Source of the DNA: Dicyema japonicum
Taxonomy: Eukaryota; Animalia; Dicyemida
Length of the DNA stretch: 64,000 nt
Direction of reading: 5' to 3'
Assembly (NCBI GenBank): GCA_011109175.1
Contig: RDEW01000018.1
Coordinates: forward strand, 1,103,222 to 1,167,221
This document shows, one piece after another, positions 61,780-64,000 of the stretch. A program made the position numbers and the translations under genes. The stretch's first letter is position 1. Each line of letters opens with the position of its first letter. The notes beneath the pieces were generated by a model, which saw nothing but the letters and a program-made list of their open reading frames with translations, ran no database searches and was not told the DNA's origin.

Positions 61780-62300
61780 AGTATTCTACGAAACAAGAAG
61801 CGACCATGATCCGATTGTGGTGAAGATCAAAAGAGAGATCAACGTGAGGAGAATTCCTAGAAGCTACAATTACAAAGGCGCTTACTGGAAATTGCATCGT
61901 GAAATCTCAGAAGACGAAATGAAGAACTGTCACTTGGATAGCTTCATTTCTTTGGATAATGCCATCAGCTGCTTTACCCACATAATCTTGGAAGCAAGAT
62001 CAATGGCTATACCCAAAAATCACTTAAAGGGAAGACGGCTTTTATCAAAGAAAAATCAACTTAAAAAACCTAACTGGATAACCTTGGAAATGAAACTCTG
62101 GATGAGAACATTTTATAATGAACTAAAGGCCAAAGAGTTCAGGGTCCAGAGGTTGAAGTGGAATCGTGTGCTTACAATAGTAAATCGAAATCGCACTACG
62201 GGAGAAGTGTGGAATGCTATTCCAAGTGTGGCAAAAGGCGATGAAATTTCATCGGAGGAAGATTATGTTCAAAGAGATGTGAACAACTTGATAAAATTCT
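61780..62300 (+). mobile_element. LINE ORF2 fragment (APE C-terminus + linker)
   Basis: SDHDPIVV followed by ..YNYKGAYW..; ORF 61817-62497, whose 3' part looks unrelated. Confidence 0.7.
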
Positions 62301-64000
62301 ATAGGAAATTTGTTGCTCTCGGATTTTGTGGTCAAGGCAATGAACCATGGTTAATATACTTTTCAGAATTCATGACATTTTTTAAACCCAGTAGCTCATC
62401 CAGTTATCTCTATTGCTTCCATGAGAGGCAACGTTGCAATTACCTCGCTTTCTATATGCTCGTGCTACATGTCATTCAGCTTCTGTTTTCCTCATAAGAA
62501 ACTCGGCTGATTTTGGTCATAACAGCAAATTATAGAACCTTTGTAGCCCCTAATACTGTTTCTTAAAAAAGATCTTTTTTAGATTTGATTTAGACGGGTT
62601 TATACCCCATGCAGCACAATTATATCTTCGGTTGTATGTATTGCGTATACAGTGAGCTTAATGTGGAACTAAAACAGCCTTTGCCAAAAAGGCTTAGCTG
62701 GTTTTACGTTTTAAACAATTCTTACAAAATTATACATTGTCTTTGAGTCCTAGTTAAACTCATCCAAAATTTCTTAGAGAAATGATGAGATCCCCCGAGG
62801 GTAAATATAGATATTTTATCGATTGAAGTTAAAATTGATTAAAAGCAGCGCTTCCCGATTCGTTTTGAGTTCGCACCCCTCGATTTTATATCTAACAGAT
62901 ATAGAAGGTTGAGGAGGTGACATACCTCTATTGTAGGAGATATCTGAAACCTAAAGTCCTGAACAAAACAGTAACCAACACGCCAAGTCTCAGGATTCAA
63001 ATCTCGACTGAAAAAAAACTTTTAGGATCTTAGTAAGAAATCACATATAAAAAGATAGTTAATATGATTCTAAATATGTTACCATGACAACAAATCCTGT
63101 ATATCTCTGCAACCTAGCCGATACAAGAATTTAAGACATATTGTTTCCACAGTCATAGACAGCAGGCGGATGCTAAAGAAGATTCCTCCACCATATCAAA
63201 AGTTCACCACGACGAAGACGACCCATGATTTTACATCAACTAGGGTCATTCATTACTTAAAAAACGCCCTGCTGGACAAAACGTTTTACTGTTTAAAATT
63301 CCGGTGTTTAAATAATTTTAGATAATAAAATCTCCGTATTGCTATAAAAATCTTTCGATTAAAATTCCGACTCCATCGAAACTCTCGTTATTTACTTCGA
63401 TAAAATTATTACAATCAGCTTCAAGCCTACTTCCACGTGTAGTCATAACTGTGGATAGCCAATTTCAATAAATGTTTCGCTCCTTGTCGGATTCTATGAT
63501 AGCCTTTATTGAAGAAATAAAATCAACGTCTTTAAAATATCCTCTGATTTTAGTCACATTCGAGAAGATTAAACACTCAAGTTATGCAAATTCGTATATA
63601 AAACAATACTTGTGCAGATATCATGTGTATTCACACACATCTGTCCCGAATATCGGTTTCGTTGATCAAAACAAACACATTTTCAGTTCTCTAGTAAACG
63701 TAAGTAAAACATCGAAATAGCTTCTGTTAAGTTACCTAAATACTCTTTTCGGGAAGCGTAGGGAGGTTTACAACACCCCCGAACAAGCCTCGTAAGTTTT
63801 TACTGTTAAACTTGGATTCAACCAAGTTTTAGTGACCTCATTGATCAGTAGATGGAATGAGAAGATCAGATATTTTGTGGCACAATGCCTGTTGAGATTT
63901 TTCGTAGACAAATGAATGAATAAAAAACTGCTTTTTACGTGTTCCACATAAGTCACAATAATATCCCTTGTGGGTTGATAGAAAATTGGCCGGGGTATTT

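Overview
AT-rich animal nuclear DNA. There is no recognisable rRNA, tRNA or CRISPR array. Compact host genes with ultra-short GT-AG introns (mostly 20-25 nt, up to 29 nt) sit among dense relics of mobile elements. Host genes I could reconstruct by hand across the introns: a GT31 beta-1,3-galactosyltransferase, OXR1/NCOA7 (LysM-GRAM-TLDc), tektin-1, a BRI3-like microgene, an NK2 homeobox gene, mitochondrial ATP synthase subunit g, a streamlined intersectin, a short RBBP6 (DWNN-RING), a catalytically degenerate dUTPase-like gene, a 5' half of EBP2, DDX27, a coiled-coil gene and a 320-aa intronless orphan. Tektin, a homeobox and a mitochondrial subunit combined with ~23-nt introns fit a miniaturised ciliated animal such as a dicyemid mesozoan; this is inference, not an identification. 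Mobile DNA includes a long CRE-clade non-LTR element with several relics, R4/Dong-like REL elements, I/Jockey-like and RTE-like LINE relics, Merlin and pogo transposase relics, a foldback/MITE and a possible tRNA-derived SINE. The most striking structure is DDX27, split into two oppositely oriented halves that share an exact 29-bp inverted repeat with a CACGTG core; flipping the ~1.45 kb between the repeats rebuilds a continuous gene. Main caveat: many genes carry single-base deletions in short homopolymers, and there are four near-perfect 119-139 bp tandem duplications. Both point to assembly or consensus error, so all rearrangement claims need raw-read or PCR confirmation. Coordinates of decayed elements are approximate.
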